From: Acidobacteriota bacterium
GTDB taxonomy: Bacteria > Acidobacteriota > Thermoanaerobaculia > Multivoradales > Multivoraceae
DNA: 64,000 nucleotides
Direction: 5' to 3'
NCBI GenBank assembly: GCA_036337765.1
Contig: JAYZDP010000168.1
Span: 3,247 to 67,246, forward strand
Shown: positions 19,746 through 29,303 of the stretch, in pieces
Position numbering within the stretch: the stretch's first letter is position 1
How the letters are laid out: each line of letters begins with the position of its first letter
Translations under genes and position numbers: made by a program
The notes under the pieces: generated by a model
What the model saw: the letters and a program-made list of their open reading frames with translations, nothing else
What the model was told of the DNA's origin: nothing
Database searches by the model: none

Positions 19746-20357
19746 AGCAGGTCTTTCATCTCGGCTTGCAGCGCGGCTCGGAGCTTCTTCATCGCCAGCA
19801 GGGTACGTGTCTTTACGGTTCCGAGAGGGATTCCGGTTTGGCCGACGATCTCGCTCTGTGTCAGTCCCTTGAAGAAGGCTAGCTCGATCACCTGTCGCTT
19901 GTCCGGCGGGCCGATCCGCCAAGCTCACCACGAGCCGTTCCCCCCCCGCTGCCACAAACACGATCCGCAATCCGGCAGGGGATGCGTCCGTCTTGCGCCG
20001 TTCGGCGTGAGCCGCCACGGCCGTGCGCTCCTTCACCCGACGACTACGAAGGCGATCGATGGGCCCGACTGCGTGCATTCAGCGATAACCAGTTCGAGAC
20101 CGAGGAGCGTGCCGGGTCGTAGCGTGACGCCTGCTTCCAGGCCTGGATGAAGGTCTCCTGCAGCACCTCTTCGGCATCTCCGGCACGGCCCAGAATCCGC
20201 TGTGTGAGGGCGAGGAGAATTCTTCGATCGACTCAGGGGCTGACATCGCTCGACGCAACAGTCGTTTCGAGCCCCAGATTCCCGGCCCGATCAGAGCCCA
20301 CACGACCAGGGGCCGCGAGCAGTAGGGCAGGGTAGGATGCCACGCGCGTGAGCACAC
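19742..20357 (-). pseudogene. ECF (sigma-70 family) sigma factor split over three reading frames by at least three 1-nt indels
   Basis: Region 2 (RRILLALTQRILGRAGDAEEVLQETFIQAWKQASRYDPARSSVSNWLSLNARSRA), region 2.4/3 (IDRLRSRRVKERTAV...) and region 4 (PPDKRQVIELAFFKGLTQSEIVGQTGIPLGTVKTRTLLAMKKLRAAL) are each intact but sit in different frames. One frame switch coincides with a C8/G8 homopolymer at 19929-19936. Confidence 0.6.
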
Positions 20358-20866
20358 AAGAGCGCCCTACATTCGGTGTGGTGGGCGGTGCCAGCTGCCG
20401 TGACGCCGATACCAAGCTCGCCTTCGAGACTGGCAGGGAGATCGCCAGAGCGGGCGGCGTGCTGGTGTGTGGGGGCGGCGGGGGGGTCATGGCGGCGGCC
20501 TGCTCCGGCGCCAAAACCATCGGCGGCACCACTCTGGGCATCCTCCCCGGCCAGGACGCGGAAGAATCCGAGCCGAACTCACATCTCGACCACGCCATCT
20601 ACACCGGCATCGGCCAGGGACGTAACCAGATCATCGTGCTTTCCAGCGACGCCGTCATCGCGATCGGAGGAGAATGGGGCACGCTTTCAGAGATCGCGCT
20701 GGCCTACAAGCACGACAAGCCCGTGGTGCTCTTGAACAGCTGGACCGTCGAGGGTCCCGCCGGACAGGGCCTCAAGAGCCTCAACCGAGCCGCGACTGCA
20801 AAAGAGGCCGTCGCGACGGCGATGGGCCTGATCGGCACCGATCCGGTCACTCCGGTACCTGAATGA
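20348..20866 (+). CDS. LOG/TIGR00725-family Rossmann-fold protein (lysine-decarboxylase-like)
   Basis: Motifs VVGGAS, GGGGGVM and IAIGGEWGTLSE. 172 aa. Confidence 0.6.
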   Translation: MSTQERPTFGVVGGASCRDADTKLAFETGREIARAGGVLVCGGGGGVMAAACSGAKTIGGTTLGILPGQDAEESEPNSHLDHAIYTGIGQGRNQIIVLSSDAVIAIGGEWGTLSEIALAYKHDKPVVLLNSWTVEGPAGQGLKSLNRAATAKEAVATAMGLIGTDPVTPVPE

Positions 20867-21534
20867 CCGCGCCGGAGGCGATCCTCTTCGAGGGGCCTGC
20901 CGGGGCACTCGAGGGTGTTCTCACTGCGGCCCCCAGTGCCGCCTCCCGAGCGCCCCGGGCTCTCGCCGTCGTCTCTCACCCTCATCCGCTCTACGGTGGA
21001 GACATGGACAACCTCGTGGTCCGCGAGGCCGAGGCCGCACTCCTTGCGGCCGGAGTGGCGGTGCTGCGCTACAACTTTCGCGGCACGGGACGCAGCGACG
21101 GACAGCACGACGGCGGCGTGGGCGAGAGGTCGGATCTAGAAGCCGCCCTGGGGGAGATGACGCGCCGCCACGGACACGACCTGCCCATCTTGCTGGTCGG
21201 CTACTCCTTCGGCGCAATCGTCACCCTCACTTTTCTCGCTGACGCCGAGCTCCCACCTGCAGGCCTGGCCGGAGTCCTCGTTCTCGCACCACCGGTGTCT
21301 TACTTCACCGGCCCAAACTGGTCGACAGCGGGAGCACCCGGCGCCATCATCTACGGCTCCGACGACGACCTCACACCGGATCCGAGGGTGCGCGAAGTCG
21401 CCGTCAATATCGGCAGTGGCATCGTCCGTGAGCGTATCGCCGGGGTCGGCCACGATCTCGGCACGTTCTCGGACCCGGCCGCGCTACGAGACGCGCTCCG
21501 GCGTCGGGTCGCCGCCATAGTCGACGCGATCTGA
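20863..21534 (+). CDS. alpha/beta hydrolase (dienelactone hydrolase-like)
   Basis: GYSFG nucleophile elbow, HPHPLYGG. ATGA overlap with the previous gene. Confidence 0.7.
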   Translation: MTAPEAILFEGPAGALEGVLTAAPSAASRAPRALAVVSHPHPLYGGDMDNLVVREAEAALLAAGVAVLRYNFRGTGRSDGQHDGGVGERSDLEAALGEMTRRHGHDLPILLVGYSFGAIVTLTFLADAELPPAGLAGVLVLAPPVSYFTGPNWSTAGAPGAIIYGSDDDLTPDPRVREVAVNIGSGIVRERIAGVGHDLGTFSDPAALRDALRRRVAAIVDAI

Positions 21535-21567
21535 GGCCGGGCGCCCTCGAGCGCCCAAGGCCTCTAG

Positions 21568-21612
21568 GCCTGCGCTCTGCCGGAGCACCGGACGGCGTGC
21601 GCCCCCCGCTAG
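21568..21612 (-). repeat. degenerate, internally deleted copy of the intergenic repeat family (see the 38781 copy)
   Basis: Begins GCCTGCGC..CCGGAG and ends CGCCCCCCGCTAG, where CTA is the TAG stop of tdk, as in the full copies. Flanked by two short GC hairpins. Confidence 0.4.
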
Positions 21613-22178
21613 CCGTCGCCGACTACCTGACGCTTGGGCAGTCCAAGCTCGTAGCAGACCCGGCAACGTGCCTCGTAGGCTTCGCCATCGCCGACCTGAA
21701 CCAACTCGGAACCGCCGGCGATGCGCTGTGTGAAGTGGGCCGGTGAGCCACAGACCACGCAGATCGCATGCATCTTGTCGACGAACTCTGCGAGCGACAG
21801 CAGCGCCGGCATCGGTCCGAAGGGGCGGCGCATGAAATCCTGGTCGAGGCCCGCCACGATCACCCGGATGCCACGGTCCGCGAGCTCGGTAGCCAGATCC
21901 ACCAGCCCGTCGTCGAAGAACTGTGCCTCGTCGACCCCGACAACCTGGACGTCTGGCTCGAGGAAGGTCGCCATCTCGACGGAGCTCTGGACCGCCGAGG
22001 CGGCAACCTCGCGATTGTCGCGCGTGATCAGTCGCGCCGGCGAGTGGCGCGTGTCGGCCGAGGGTTTGAACGCCTGCACCCTCTGGCGCGCGATGACCGC
22101 GCGGCGTAACCGACGCACGAGCTCCTCGCTCTTGCCAGAGAACATCCCCCCGGTAATCACCTCGATCTGACCCATCAT
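21609..22178 (-). CDS. tdk: thymidine kinase
   Basis: P-loop ITGGMFSGKSEEL. C-terminal zinc ribbon CVVCG...CRVCY. Start MMGQ at 22178/22175. Confidence 0.85.
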   Translation of the reverse strand: MMGQIEVITGGMFSGKSEELVRRLRRAVIARQRVQAFKPSADTRHSPARLITRDNREVAASAVQSSVEMATFLEPDVQVVGVDEAQFFDDGLVDLATELADRGIRVIVAGLDQDFMRRPFGPMPALLSLAEFVDKMHAICVVCGSPAHFTQRIAGGSELVQVGDGEAYEARCRVCYELGLPKRQVVGDG

Positions 22179-22294
22179 GCGGTCCTGGCTACCTGGCTCG
22201 AGACGGCTCATCCGATCGGCATTGTAGCGGGGGTCGCGGTACGAGCGCTTTACCGCCTCGACCCCCACCTAGCCATGACCTACCGCGACCCCCG

Positions 22295-22990
22295 CTACCT
22301 CCGGGTCGCTTCCTGCAGTCTTGCCTGCAGATCCTCCATCTTGACCGCCATGAGAGTCTGGACGACTGCATCGGCCGATGACAGCTCGCCGGCATCGTGC
22401 GTATGTGCGACACCGAGTGTCGCCAACCCCGCTCCGGCCGCAGCCGTGATTCCGACCGGCGTATCCTCTACGGCCAACACCTCGTGGGGATGAAACAGCC
22501 GCTCGGGCAGCGGAGGCAGCGCGTTGAGATCCTGCAAAGCACGCAGGTACGGCGCCGGGCTCGGTTTGGGCTGGGCCACGTCCTCGGCCGAAACGATCGA
22601 CTTGAAGACCTCAAAGAGCTCTGCCTGGCGCAAGGCCGACTCGATCTCGCCCCACAGCGCGCTGGAGACCAGACCCAGAGTGATGTCACGGGCGTGGGCG
22701 TCACGCACCAGCTCGACGGCTCCCGGAAAGAACTCGAACCCGTCCTCGTGGATACGCTCCTGGTAGTAGCTCCCCTTGCGCGCGACCAAACGGATGATCC
22801 GGATCTCGTCGGGTGCCTCGCCCGCGGCCTCGAGCGCCCGGCCCAGGCAAGTCCGATCGTCGAGGCCGATCATTCCGGCGATCAGCTCGTCGTCGACATC
22901 GAGACACTCTTCGTCCAGAACCCGTCGTATCAGCTCCTGGTGCAGCGGCTCGTCGTCGACGAGAACGCCGTTGAAATCGAACAGAATCGC
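22295..22990 (-). CDS. HAD-superfamily hydrolase (phosphatase, beta-PGM-like subfamily IA)
   Basis: Motif I ILFDFNGVLVDDE (DxD). GTG at 22990 gives 232 aa; the ORF opens at 23320. Confidence 0.7.
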   Translation of the reverse strand, partial: AILFDFNGVLVDDEPLHQELIRRVLDEECLDVDDELIAGMIGLDDRTCLGRALEAAGEAPDEIRIIRLVARKGSYYQERIHEDGFEFFPGAVELVRDAHARDITLGLVSSALWGEIESALRQAELFEVFKSIVSAEDVAQPKPSPAPYLRALQDLNALPPLPERLFHPHEVLAVEDTPVGITAAAGAGLATLGVAHTHDAGELSSADAVVQTLMAVKMEDLQARLQEATRR

Positions 22991-23087
22991 CCGCAACACC
23001 GAGGCATGATAACGACTTCGCCTAGGCTTCGGATTTGACTCGCAACGACTCCGATAGCTATCCTTGAAGATTGTCAGAGGTCGAAAT

Positions 23088-23480
23088 ATGGGCCTTTTGT
23101 CGAGCCAGAAAGACACTCCACCCACTCCGGCGCCGGACGCTCCGGAAGGGCCGATTCTTCTCACCGAGAAGGCGGTCACGATGATCAAGCTGACCCGAGA
23201 GCAGGAGGGGATGGAAGAATCCTGTGGCCTTCGGGTGGCGGTCCGCGGCGGTGGATGCAGCGGCTTCGAGTACGCGCTCGATTTCGAGGACAAGGCGCGC
23301 GAAACGGATCTCGTGCTCACCTACCAGGGGCTCGACGTCTTCGTGGACCCGATCTCGAGCCGTTATCTCAACGGCACGATGATCGACTACAGCCTCGGCA
23401 TGACCGGCACGGGTTTCAAGTTCCACAACCCGAAGGCGACCGGTACCTGCGGCTGTGGATCCTCGTTCGCCGTCGGGTAA
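23088..23480 (+). CDS. erpA: iron-sulfur cluster insertion protein ErpA/IscA (HesB family)
   Basis: Conserved Cys in CGLRVAV and C-terminal CGCGSSF. AGAGG sits 7 nt upstream of the ATG at 23088. Confidence 0.85.
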   Translation: MGLLSSQKDTPPTPAPDAPEGPILLTEKAVTMIKLTREQEGMEESCGLRVAVRGGGCSGFEYALDFEDKARETDLVLTYQGLDVFVDPISSRYLNGTMIDYSLGMTGTGFKFHNPKATGTCGCGSSFAVG

Positions 23481-23493
23481 AGGTCGCGCGTCG

Positions 23494-24591
23494 TCAGCTC
23501 GCGGCGCGCAGATGCGTAGGCGCACCCGAGAGTGACCACTCCGCCGTCGCCTCGGAATCAAGCGCCGATCGGGACAAGGTACCGACGGCTGCCCAAACCT
23601 CGCCACTTGTGGTGGGGGCGACGCTTGTTACTTTCCCGATCTCCTTTCCTTCCGCGGTCAGGAGGCCCGCGCCGGGGGGGGCGTCGGACCGGATCTCCAG
23701 CGGGCGGCACTCGCGAGCGGGCTTCCCGCGATAGAAGATCCGAGCGACGATCTCCTGGCCCAGATAGCAGCCCTTGGTGAAATCGACGGCCTCGTCGAGC
23801 AGCGCGGTCTCGTTGGCGACGCTGCGGTCGTCGTAGTCGACTCCCCAGCGCGCGACGCCAGCGCGGCAGCGCAGGGTCTCGAGCGCGGCCCACCCGGCCA
23901 GGGTCAGCTCGTGTCGCGCTAGGAGCTGCTCGAGAATCGGCTCCGCGATCGCAGCTGGCAGCCAAAGAACGAGCGCTTCGACGCCGTGTACGAGGCGCCT
24001 CAAGACCTGGATCTCGGTGCCGGCAAGCCGGGTCCGAACCAGGCGGTCGGTGTCGGGCAGCTCGCACATCTCCCCCAGCACCTCGGCGGCTCGGGCTCCG
24101 ACCACGGCAACGTCGAGCATGTCGTGCAGAAGGGTCACGTCAACGTCGTCGATCACCCGGTAGTGCTCGATGTGCTCCTTCATCTCAGGCGCGCGTCCCG
24201 CCGGCAGCTGAAGCCACAGCCGATCTTCGAGAACGGAGATGTAGGCGTCGGCAAGGACACGGCCCTCGCCATCGGTGAAGAAGCCGTACCGGCCACACCC
24301 CGCCTCGAGCGGCTCGATATCCGCCGAGAAGAGCCCATTGACGAGCCGAGCCCGGTCGGCACCACGCAACTCCAGTCGGTCTGCCCACGAAAGATCGACC
24401 ATCGCGCACCCCACCGTCGCGGCTTCGACCTCGGCCCTCGGATCGCCGTAGTGCAACGGCAACGAGCAGCCCCGCTCTTCGCCGACGACCACGCCCCGAG
24501 TTACATGAAGATCCTCCAGCGGAAGCGTGGCATGATCGGTGACCGCCGACATATGGCGCAGTCTAGCCGCTTCGAAGGCGGGCATTCGCAC
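23494..24591 (-). CDS. ygfZ: GcvT/YgfZ-family folate-binding protein (aminomethyltransferase fold)
   Basis: GcvT-like domain layout. Divergent from erpA, which is the usual YgfZ context. Confidence 0.7.
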   Translation of the reverse strand: MRMPAFEAARLRHMSAVTDHATLPLEDLHVTRGVVVGEERGCSLPLHYGDPRAEVEAATVGCAMVDLSWADRLELRGADRARLVNGLFSADIEPLEAGCGRYGFFTDGEGRVLADAYISVLEDRLWLQLPAGRAPEMKEHIEHYRVIDDVDVTLLHDMLDVAVVGARAAEVLGEMCELPDTDRLVRTRLAGTEIQVLRRLVHGVEALVLWLPAAIAEPILEQLLARHELTLAGWAALETLRCRAGVARWGVDYDDRSVANETALLDEAVDFTKGCYLGQEIVARIFYRGKPARECRPLEIRSDAPPGAGLLTAEGKEIGKVTSVAPTTSGEVWAAVGTLSRSALDSEATAEWSLSGAPTHLRAAS

Positions 24592-24632
24592 TGTTGCCCC
24601 GGCCAGCGAGACCCCGGTACACTTCGACCGCC

Positions 24633-24986
24633 ATGGACCCGCACTTTGACGGAGTCATCTTCAAGACCAGCTCCCAGGAGCTCGAGCGCCGGATGCGTTT
24701 CGAGCACCCTCCGTACCTGCTGATCGACGTTCGCGAGGCCGCCGAACGCTCCTCGGGATCGATCGCCGGCTCCGTAGCCCTCGATGCCGGCGGGCTAGAA
24801 GCGCTCCCCGAAGGCTCGAGCGCTTCGACCGAGTTCATCGTCGTTGGTTCCGATCAGTACGACCCGCGAGTCCGCGATATGGCGCAGCGGCTGCGCGAGC
24901 TAGGCGCTCAGCGCGTAGTCGAGCTACCCGGCGGCATGTTCGAGTGGCACGCTGCGGGAGCCGCGGTAGTCATTGATGGCGAGTGA
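24633..24986 (+). CDS. rhodanese-like domain protein lacking the catalytic cysteine
   Basis: Rhodanese-fold layout with the active-site loop reading VVGSDQYDPR (D in place of C). Start is 24594 or 24633. Confidence 0.5.
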   Translation: MDPHFDGVIFKTSSQELERRMRFEHPPYLLIDVREAAERSSGSIAGSVALDAGGLEALPEGSSASTEFIVVGSDQYDPRVRDMAQRLRELGAQRVVELPGGMFEWHAAGAAVVIDGE

Positions 24987-25004
24987 GTCGAGGCTGTAGC
25001 GCGC

Positions 25005-27152
25005 TCATACCGCAGCCCGCGCTCGCCTCTCCAGGAGGGCCTGCTGCGAATCTGGTGATCGCTCGTCGCTGTCGGGCACGCGCGAGTAGCTGCCGTCGGG
25101 CTCCAGCACACGAGCCTTGACCGAGTCACGCAGGTGCGTGAACAGGATCGCGTCGCGCACCTCGACAAGTAGCCTGTCGTCCTCGATCGGGAACAGCAGC
25201 TCGACGCGACCATTGAGGTTGCGAGGCATCAGGTCGGCACTACCGACGAAGACCTCCTCGTCGCCGCCGTTGCGAAAGTAGTAGATGCGAGAGTGCTCGA
25301 GGAAGCGGCCGACGATCGAGGTCACCGCGATCGTCTCGCTCACCCCCGGCACGCCGGGCCGCAGGCAACAGACGCCCCGCACCTGGAGATCGATGCGGAC
25401 CCCCTCGGCGGAGGCCCGGTAGAGAGACTGAATGCACGCTCGATCCACCAGCGAGTTGACCTTGAAGGCAATGTGGCCGTCTCCACCCGCGCGGTGACGC
25501 TCAATCTCGCGGTCGATGCGGCGCAGGATCTCACCGCGCATGTGCGATGGCGCGACCAAGAGCTTGCGATACGCCTGCTTGCGCGAGTAGCCGGTGAGGG
25601 TGTTGAAGAGCAGCGCCACGTCTTCGGCAATCGCCTCGTCGCAAGTGAAGAAGCCCAGATCGGCGTAGATCCTCGACGTGACGACGTTGTAGTTGCCGGT
25701 CGAGAGATGGACGTAGCGGCGGATACCCGAGCGTTCTCGGCGCACGACCAGGCACATCTTGGCGTGGGTCTTCAGGCCGAGCACACCGTAGACCACGTGC
25801 ACGCCCGCCTGCTCCAACGCACGACCCCATTCGATGTTCGACTCCTCGTCGAAACGGGCCTTGAGCTCTACCAGCACCGAAACCTGCTTGTTGTTCTCGC
25901 GCGCCTCCATCAGGGCCTCGACGACGGGTGAGTCCGGACCGACGCGATAGAGCGTCTGCTTGATCGCCAGCACGTCGGGATCCTGGGCCGCCTGACGCAG
26001 GAAGCTCACCACGGGAGCAAAGCTGTCGTACGGGTGGTAGAGCAGCAGATCTCGTCGGGCCACGGCCGAGAAGATGTTGGCGTCGGACGCGACCTGCGGC
26101 GGCACCGCAGGTAGGAAGGGCGGGTACTTGAGCTCTGGCGCGTCGAGGCCGCAAAGCTCTGAGATGTTCGCCAGACCGATCCGGCTGCGGGTCGCGTAAA
26201 CCTGGTGGCTCTCGAGCTCGAGGTTCTCGATCAGGATGTCGCGGATTCGAGGTGGCATCGCTTCATTGATCTCGAGCCGGATCGCGGAGCCAAAATGGCG
26301 CCTGCCTACGACCTCGGCCATGGCCGTGAGGAGATCGTCCGCCTCGTCCTCCTCGAGGTCCAGATCGGCGTCGCGGGTGACCCGAAAGGGGAAGGCAGCG
26401 ATGATCTCGAGCCCCGGGAAGAGGAGGCCGAGATTCGCCACGATCACCTCCTCGATCAGCACGAAGCCGCGCGAACCGGACCCCATCGGTCCGACCGCCT
26501 CCGGACTCTCGAGCTCAAGCTGGGGAACGGCGAGCAGCCGGGGGAAGTTTGCGGGGACCTTGAGCCGGGCGAAACGCTCGCCGTAGCCGGGATCCTCGAG
26601 TAGCACGGCGAGGTTGACGCTCAGATTCGAGATGTGCGGGAACGGGTGGCCTGGGTCAAAGGCCAGCGGCGTCAGGACTGGAAAGATCTCCGACTCGAAC
26701 CTTGCGCCCAGCGCCTCCTGCTCGGCAACGTCGAGTTCCTGCCACGACTGCACTCGAATCCCGGCCTCGCGCAGCTGAGGGCTCAGCTGCTCGATCCAGC
26801 ATCCATCGGCGAGCTCGAGCAGCGGCAGGAGGGATTCCCGGATCTCCTGCAGCTGTTCGGCCGGCGTCATGCCATCGGGAGGCGCCTCCAAAACGCCGGC
26901 CTTGAGCTGCTGTCGCAGGCCCGATACGCGCACCATGAAGAACTCGTCGAGGTTGCCGGCGAAGATCGAGAGGAAGTTCACCCGCTCAAGCAGTGGCGTC
27001 GACGGGCTCATCGCCTCCTCCAGCACCCGGCCGTTGAAGCGCAGCCAGCTCAGCTCGCGATTGATGAAAAGCGCCGGATCACTGGGGTCAGGCTTCGCGC
27101 CGAGCTCGACTGCACGCAGGATCACAGCTGTATCTTCTTTGGTCTGAGACAT
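25005..27152 (-). CDS. ppk: polyphosphate kinase 1
   Basis: N-terminal FINRELSWLRFNGRVLEEA and RVNFLSIFAGNLDEFFMVRV. PLD-like HKM motifs are present (LKTHAKMCLV). 715 aa. Confidence 0.92.
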   Translation of the reverse strand: MSQTKEDTAVILRAVELGAKPDPSDPALFINRELSWLRFNGRVLEEAMSPSTPLLERVNFLSIFAGNLDEFFMVRVSGLRQQLKAGVLEAPPDGMTPAEQLQEIRESLLPLLELADGCWIEQLSPQLREAGIRVQSWQELDVAEQEALGARFESEIFPVLTPLAFDPGHPFPHISNLSVNLAVLLEDPGYGERFARLKVPANFPRLLAVPQLELESPEAVGPMGSGSRGFVLIEEVIVANLGLLFPGLEIIAAFPFRVTRDADLDLEEDEADDLLTAMAEVVGRRHFGSAIRLEINEAMPPRIRDILIENLELESHQVYATRSRIGLANISELCGLDAPELKYPPFLPAVPPQVASDANIFSAVARRDLLLYHPYDSFAPVVSFLRQAAQDPDVLAIKQTLYRVGPDSPVVEALMEARENNKQVSVLVELKARFDEESNIEWGRALEQAGVHVVYGVLGLKTHAKMCLVVRRERSGIRRYVHLSTGNYNVVTSRIYADLGFFTCDEAIAEDVALLFNTLTGYSRKQAYRKLLVAPSHMRGEILRRIDREIERHRAGGDGHIAFKVNSLVDRACIQSLYRASAEGVRIDLQVRGVCCLRPGVPGVSETIAVTSIVGRFLEHSRIYYFRNGGDEEVFVGSADLMPRNLNGRVELLFPIEDDRLLVEVRDAILFTHLRDSVKARVLEPDGSYSRVPDSDERSPDSQQALLERRARAAV

Positions 27153-27205
27153 CTACGGAGACCTCGCGAGCCCCTCGCGTTAGCAGAACGGCCTCCTATA
27201 ATACG

Positions 27206-27895
27206 TTGATGCGGATCCGTCTTCTAGCATTCGCCAGTGCTTGTGACGTCTTGGGCACAGCGGAAAGCGGCCTCGAGGTAGCTGCGGGTAGCACGGTCGC
27301 CCAGATGAAGGCGACGATCGAAGGGAACCACCCCCGGATGGGTGCGCTCTGGGATGGCATGGCTGTGGCCGTTAACGGCGAGCTCGCCTACGACGATCTG
27401 GCGCTGGCCGAAGGCGACGAGGTCGCCCTGCTACCCCCTGTATCTGGGGGAGTCGACGAGGCACCCGTGCTGCAGACCGAGCCGATCGACACGGGCGAGG
27501 TGACGGCGCGAGTCGAGGATTCCGGCTCTGGAGCAGTGGTCGTCTTTGTGGGCAACGTTCGCGACCGTCACGCCGGCCGAGGTGTCGAGCGGATCACCTA
27601 CTCGGCCTACGCGAAGATGGCCGCCCACCGCATCCGCTCCATCTGCGCCGATCTAGAGGACCGCCACGAACGCGCCCGTATCGTAGTGGTCCATCGCCTC
27701 GGCGAGATTGCCGTCGGCGAGGCCTCTGTGGTCATCGCCGTCGGGTCACCGCATCGGGCATCTGCGTACGAGGCCAGCAGGGAGGCACTGGAGCGGCTCA
27801 AGGCAGAGGTGCCGATCTGGAAGCATGAGCACTACAGCGACGGGGAGTCCCGTTGGCGTGAGGAGGAATCGCTCGTGGCTCCCGTCACTTCGTGA
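27206..27895 (+). CDS. moaX: molybdopterin synthase MoaD-MoaE fusion (MoaX-like)
   Basis: N-terminal MoaD/ThiS fold ending LLPPVSGG, followed in-frame by a MoaE domain (VVFVGNVRD..., ...WKHEHYSDG). Confidence 0.8.
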   Translation: MMRIRLLAFASACDVLGTAESGLEVAAGSTVAQMKATIEGNHPRMGALWDGMAVAVNGELAYDDLALAEGDEVALLPPVSGGVDEAPVLQTEPIDTGEVTARVEDSGSGAVVVFVGNVRDRHAGRGVERITYSAYAKMAAHRIRSICADLEDRHERARIVVVHRLGEIAVGEASVVIAVGSPHRASAYEASREALERLKAEVPIWKHEHYSDGESRWREEESLVAPVTS

Positions 27896-29114
27896 CCTGG
27901 CCCGGCTGTCCGACGAGGCGCGACGACAATCCCGACTCGAGCGCCTGCTGGAGCAGGAAGGCGCGCCAGGCGCCCTCGATCTCCTCCCACGAGGCCCCCA
28001 ACCTGTCTTCCAGCGTCGACGCCGCGACCGACTCACCCCTCGAGACCGACTCGAGATAGCCCAAGAACGCCTGCCGCCGCACAGTCGGGCGCACGAGAAA
28101 GCGGACCAGGAGCGCGCTCTCGGCATAGTGCAGCCGCGAGCGCGGACCCCCGACGAAGGGGCCCCACTCGAGCCGGACCAACACTCCGAGCGGCACCGCC
28201 CGGCCCTCACGCTGGGTCACGAGCAGCAGGTCCAGGCCAGCCAGGCCCCCGCGCAGCTCGACGCGATTCTCGTACTCGATCTTCCCATGTGACAGATCGG
28301 CAACGTGAAGACGGCCCTCGCCATCGAGCCTGGCTGCCGCCAGGTCGTCGGCGATGCCCTCGTCGAGCCACGGCGGCAGCGCCGGACCGAGTGATCTACG
28401 GTTGAGGAGATGCGTCAATTCATGCAGCAACGTATGCCCGACGACAGCAGGATCGAGATCGCCGACGTAGAACACCACCATCCCGTATCCGGTGTGGGCA
28501 ACGCTCGCCAGATCTCGAATCCGCCCCCACTCCGCCTGCACCGCACGGTAACCCGACTCTTCTCGAAACAGTACAAGGGTCTCCTTCGCCTCCCCAACTG
28601 GCGTCAACCCATAGCGCTCTGCATACACCCGCTCGACCTGTGAGGTGATCACATCCAGATGCTCGATCAGTGCTCCGGGAGCCACGTCCGTCACCAATCG
28701 ATAGGGGCCCAACCTCGCCTCTCTCCCCCCGTCGATGAGCCTCCCAGCCGCCGCCGACAACCGCTCCGGATCCGCTTCTCGCCCGGGCAAAGGCAACACC
28801 AGCGCCGGCTCGCTCCCCAAAGGCGGTGGCCCATCGCCCTCCCAAGCGTCGTACGCCTTCAGCCCCCTATCAACAGGGGGCATATCCACGAACGACTCCG
28901 CCGGCCCGTCGAAGACCGGCGCCGGCACATCAGGCTCGGGAGGCACGAATCTCCCGCGGACGACATCGACCACCGGGCCCAAGACCGGCCAATCCACCAC
29001 CGCCTCCACTGCCCTAGAACTCGGCCAACGAGTCAGCGACGCAAACCCCACCAACAAGATCAGCACTGAGCCTATGGCGCCAAAAGAAACGAGATCTCGC
29101 CACCACCGCCTCAC
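27885..29114 (-). CDS. membrane-anchored protein with HExxH motif (putative MA-clan zinc metallopeptidase)
   Basis: N-terminal TM segment and HELTH within LLHELTHLLN. 409 aa. Confidence 0.45.
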   Translation of the reverse strand: MRRWWRDLVSFGAIGSVLILLVGFASLTRWPSSRAVEAVVDWPVLGPVVDVVRGRFVPPEPDVPAPVFDGPAESFVDMPPVDRGLKAYDAWEGDGPPPLGSEPALVLPLPGREADPERLSAAAGRLIDGGREARLGPYRLVTDVAPGALIEHLDVITSQVERVYAERYGLTPVGEAKETLVLFREESGYRAVQAEWGRIRDLASVAHTGYGMVVFYVGDLDPAVVGHTLLHELTHLLNRRSLGPALPPWLDEGIADDLAAARLDGEGRLHVADLSHGKIEYENRVELRGGLAGLDLLLVTQREGRAVPLGVLVRLEWGPFVGGPRSRLHYAESALLVRFLVRPTVRRQAFLGYLESVSRGESVAASTLEDRLGASWEEIEGAWRAFLLQQALESGLSSRLVGQPGQVTK

Positions 29115-29191
29115 GTAGAGGCAATGCTACTCCCGCAGCCACACTCCTGCCCTACCCGCCCGACAGGCGGCGCCCCTTCCCCTCCCTCCGG

Positions 29192-29303
29192 GCCTGCGCG
29201 GCGAGCGCTCCCCCGAGGGACAGCAAGACCAGCGGGGGTCGCGGTATGAACGCGCAACACCCACGACAAACCATCAAACCATGACTACCGCGGCCCCCGC
29301 TAG
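29192..29303 (-). repeat. intergenic MITE/REP-like repeat, copy A (terminal inverted repeat AGCGGGGGTCGCGGTA / TACCGCGGCCCCCGCT)
   Basis: Aligns along its whole length with the copies at 38781-38891 and 58450-58561. The 3' end CCCCCGCTAg supplies the TAG stop of moeZ. Confidence 0.7.

Noticed and set aside
27153-27205. Possible Moco riboswitch ahead of moaD-moaE
   Set aside because: The intergenic region is only 53 nt, too short for the roughly 140-nt Moco RNA motif, and I saw no conserved Moco-motif stems.
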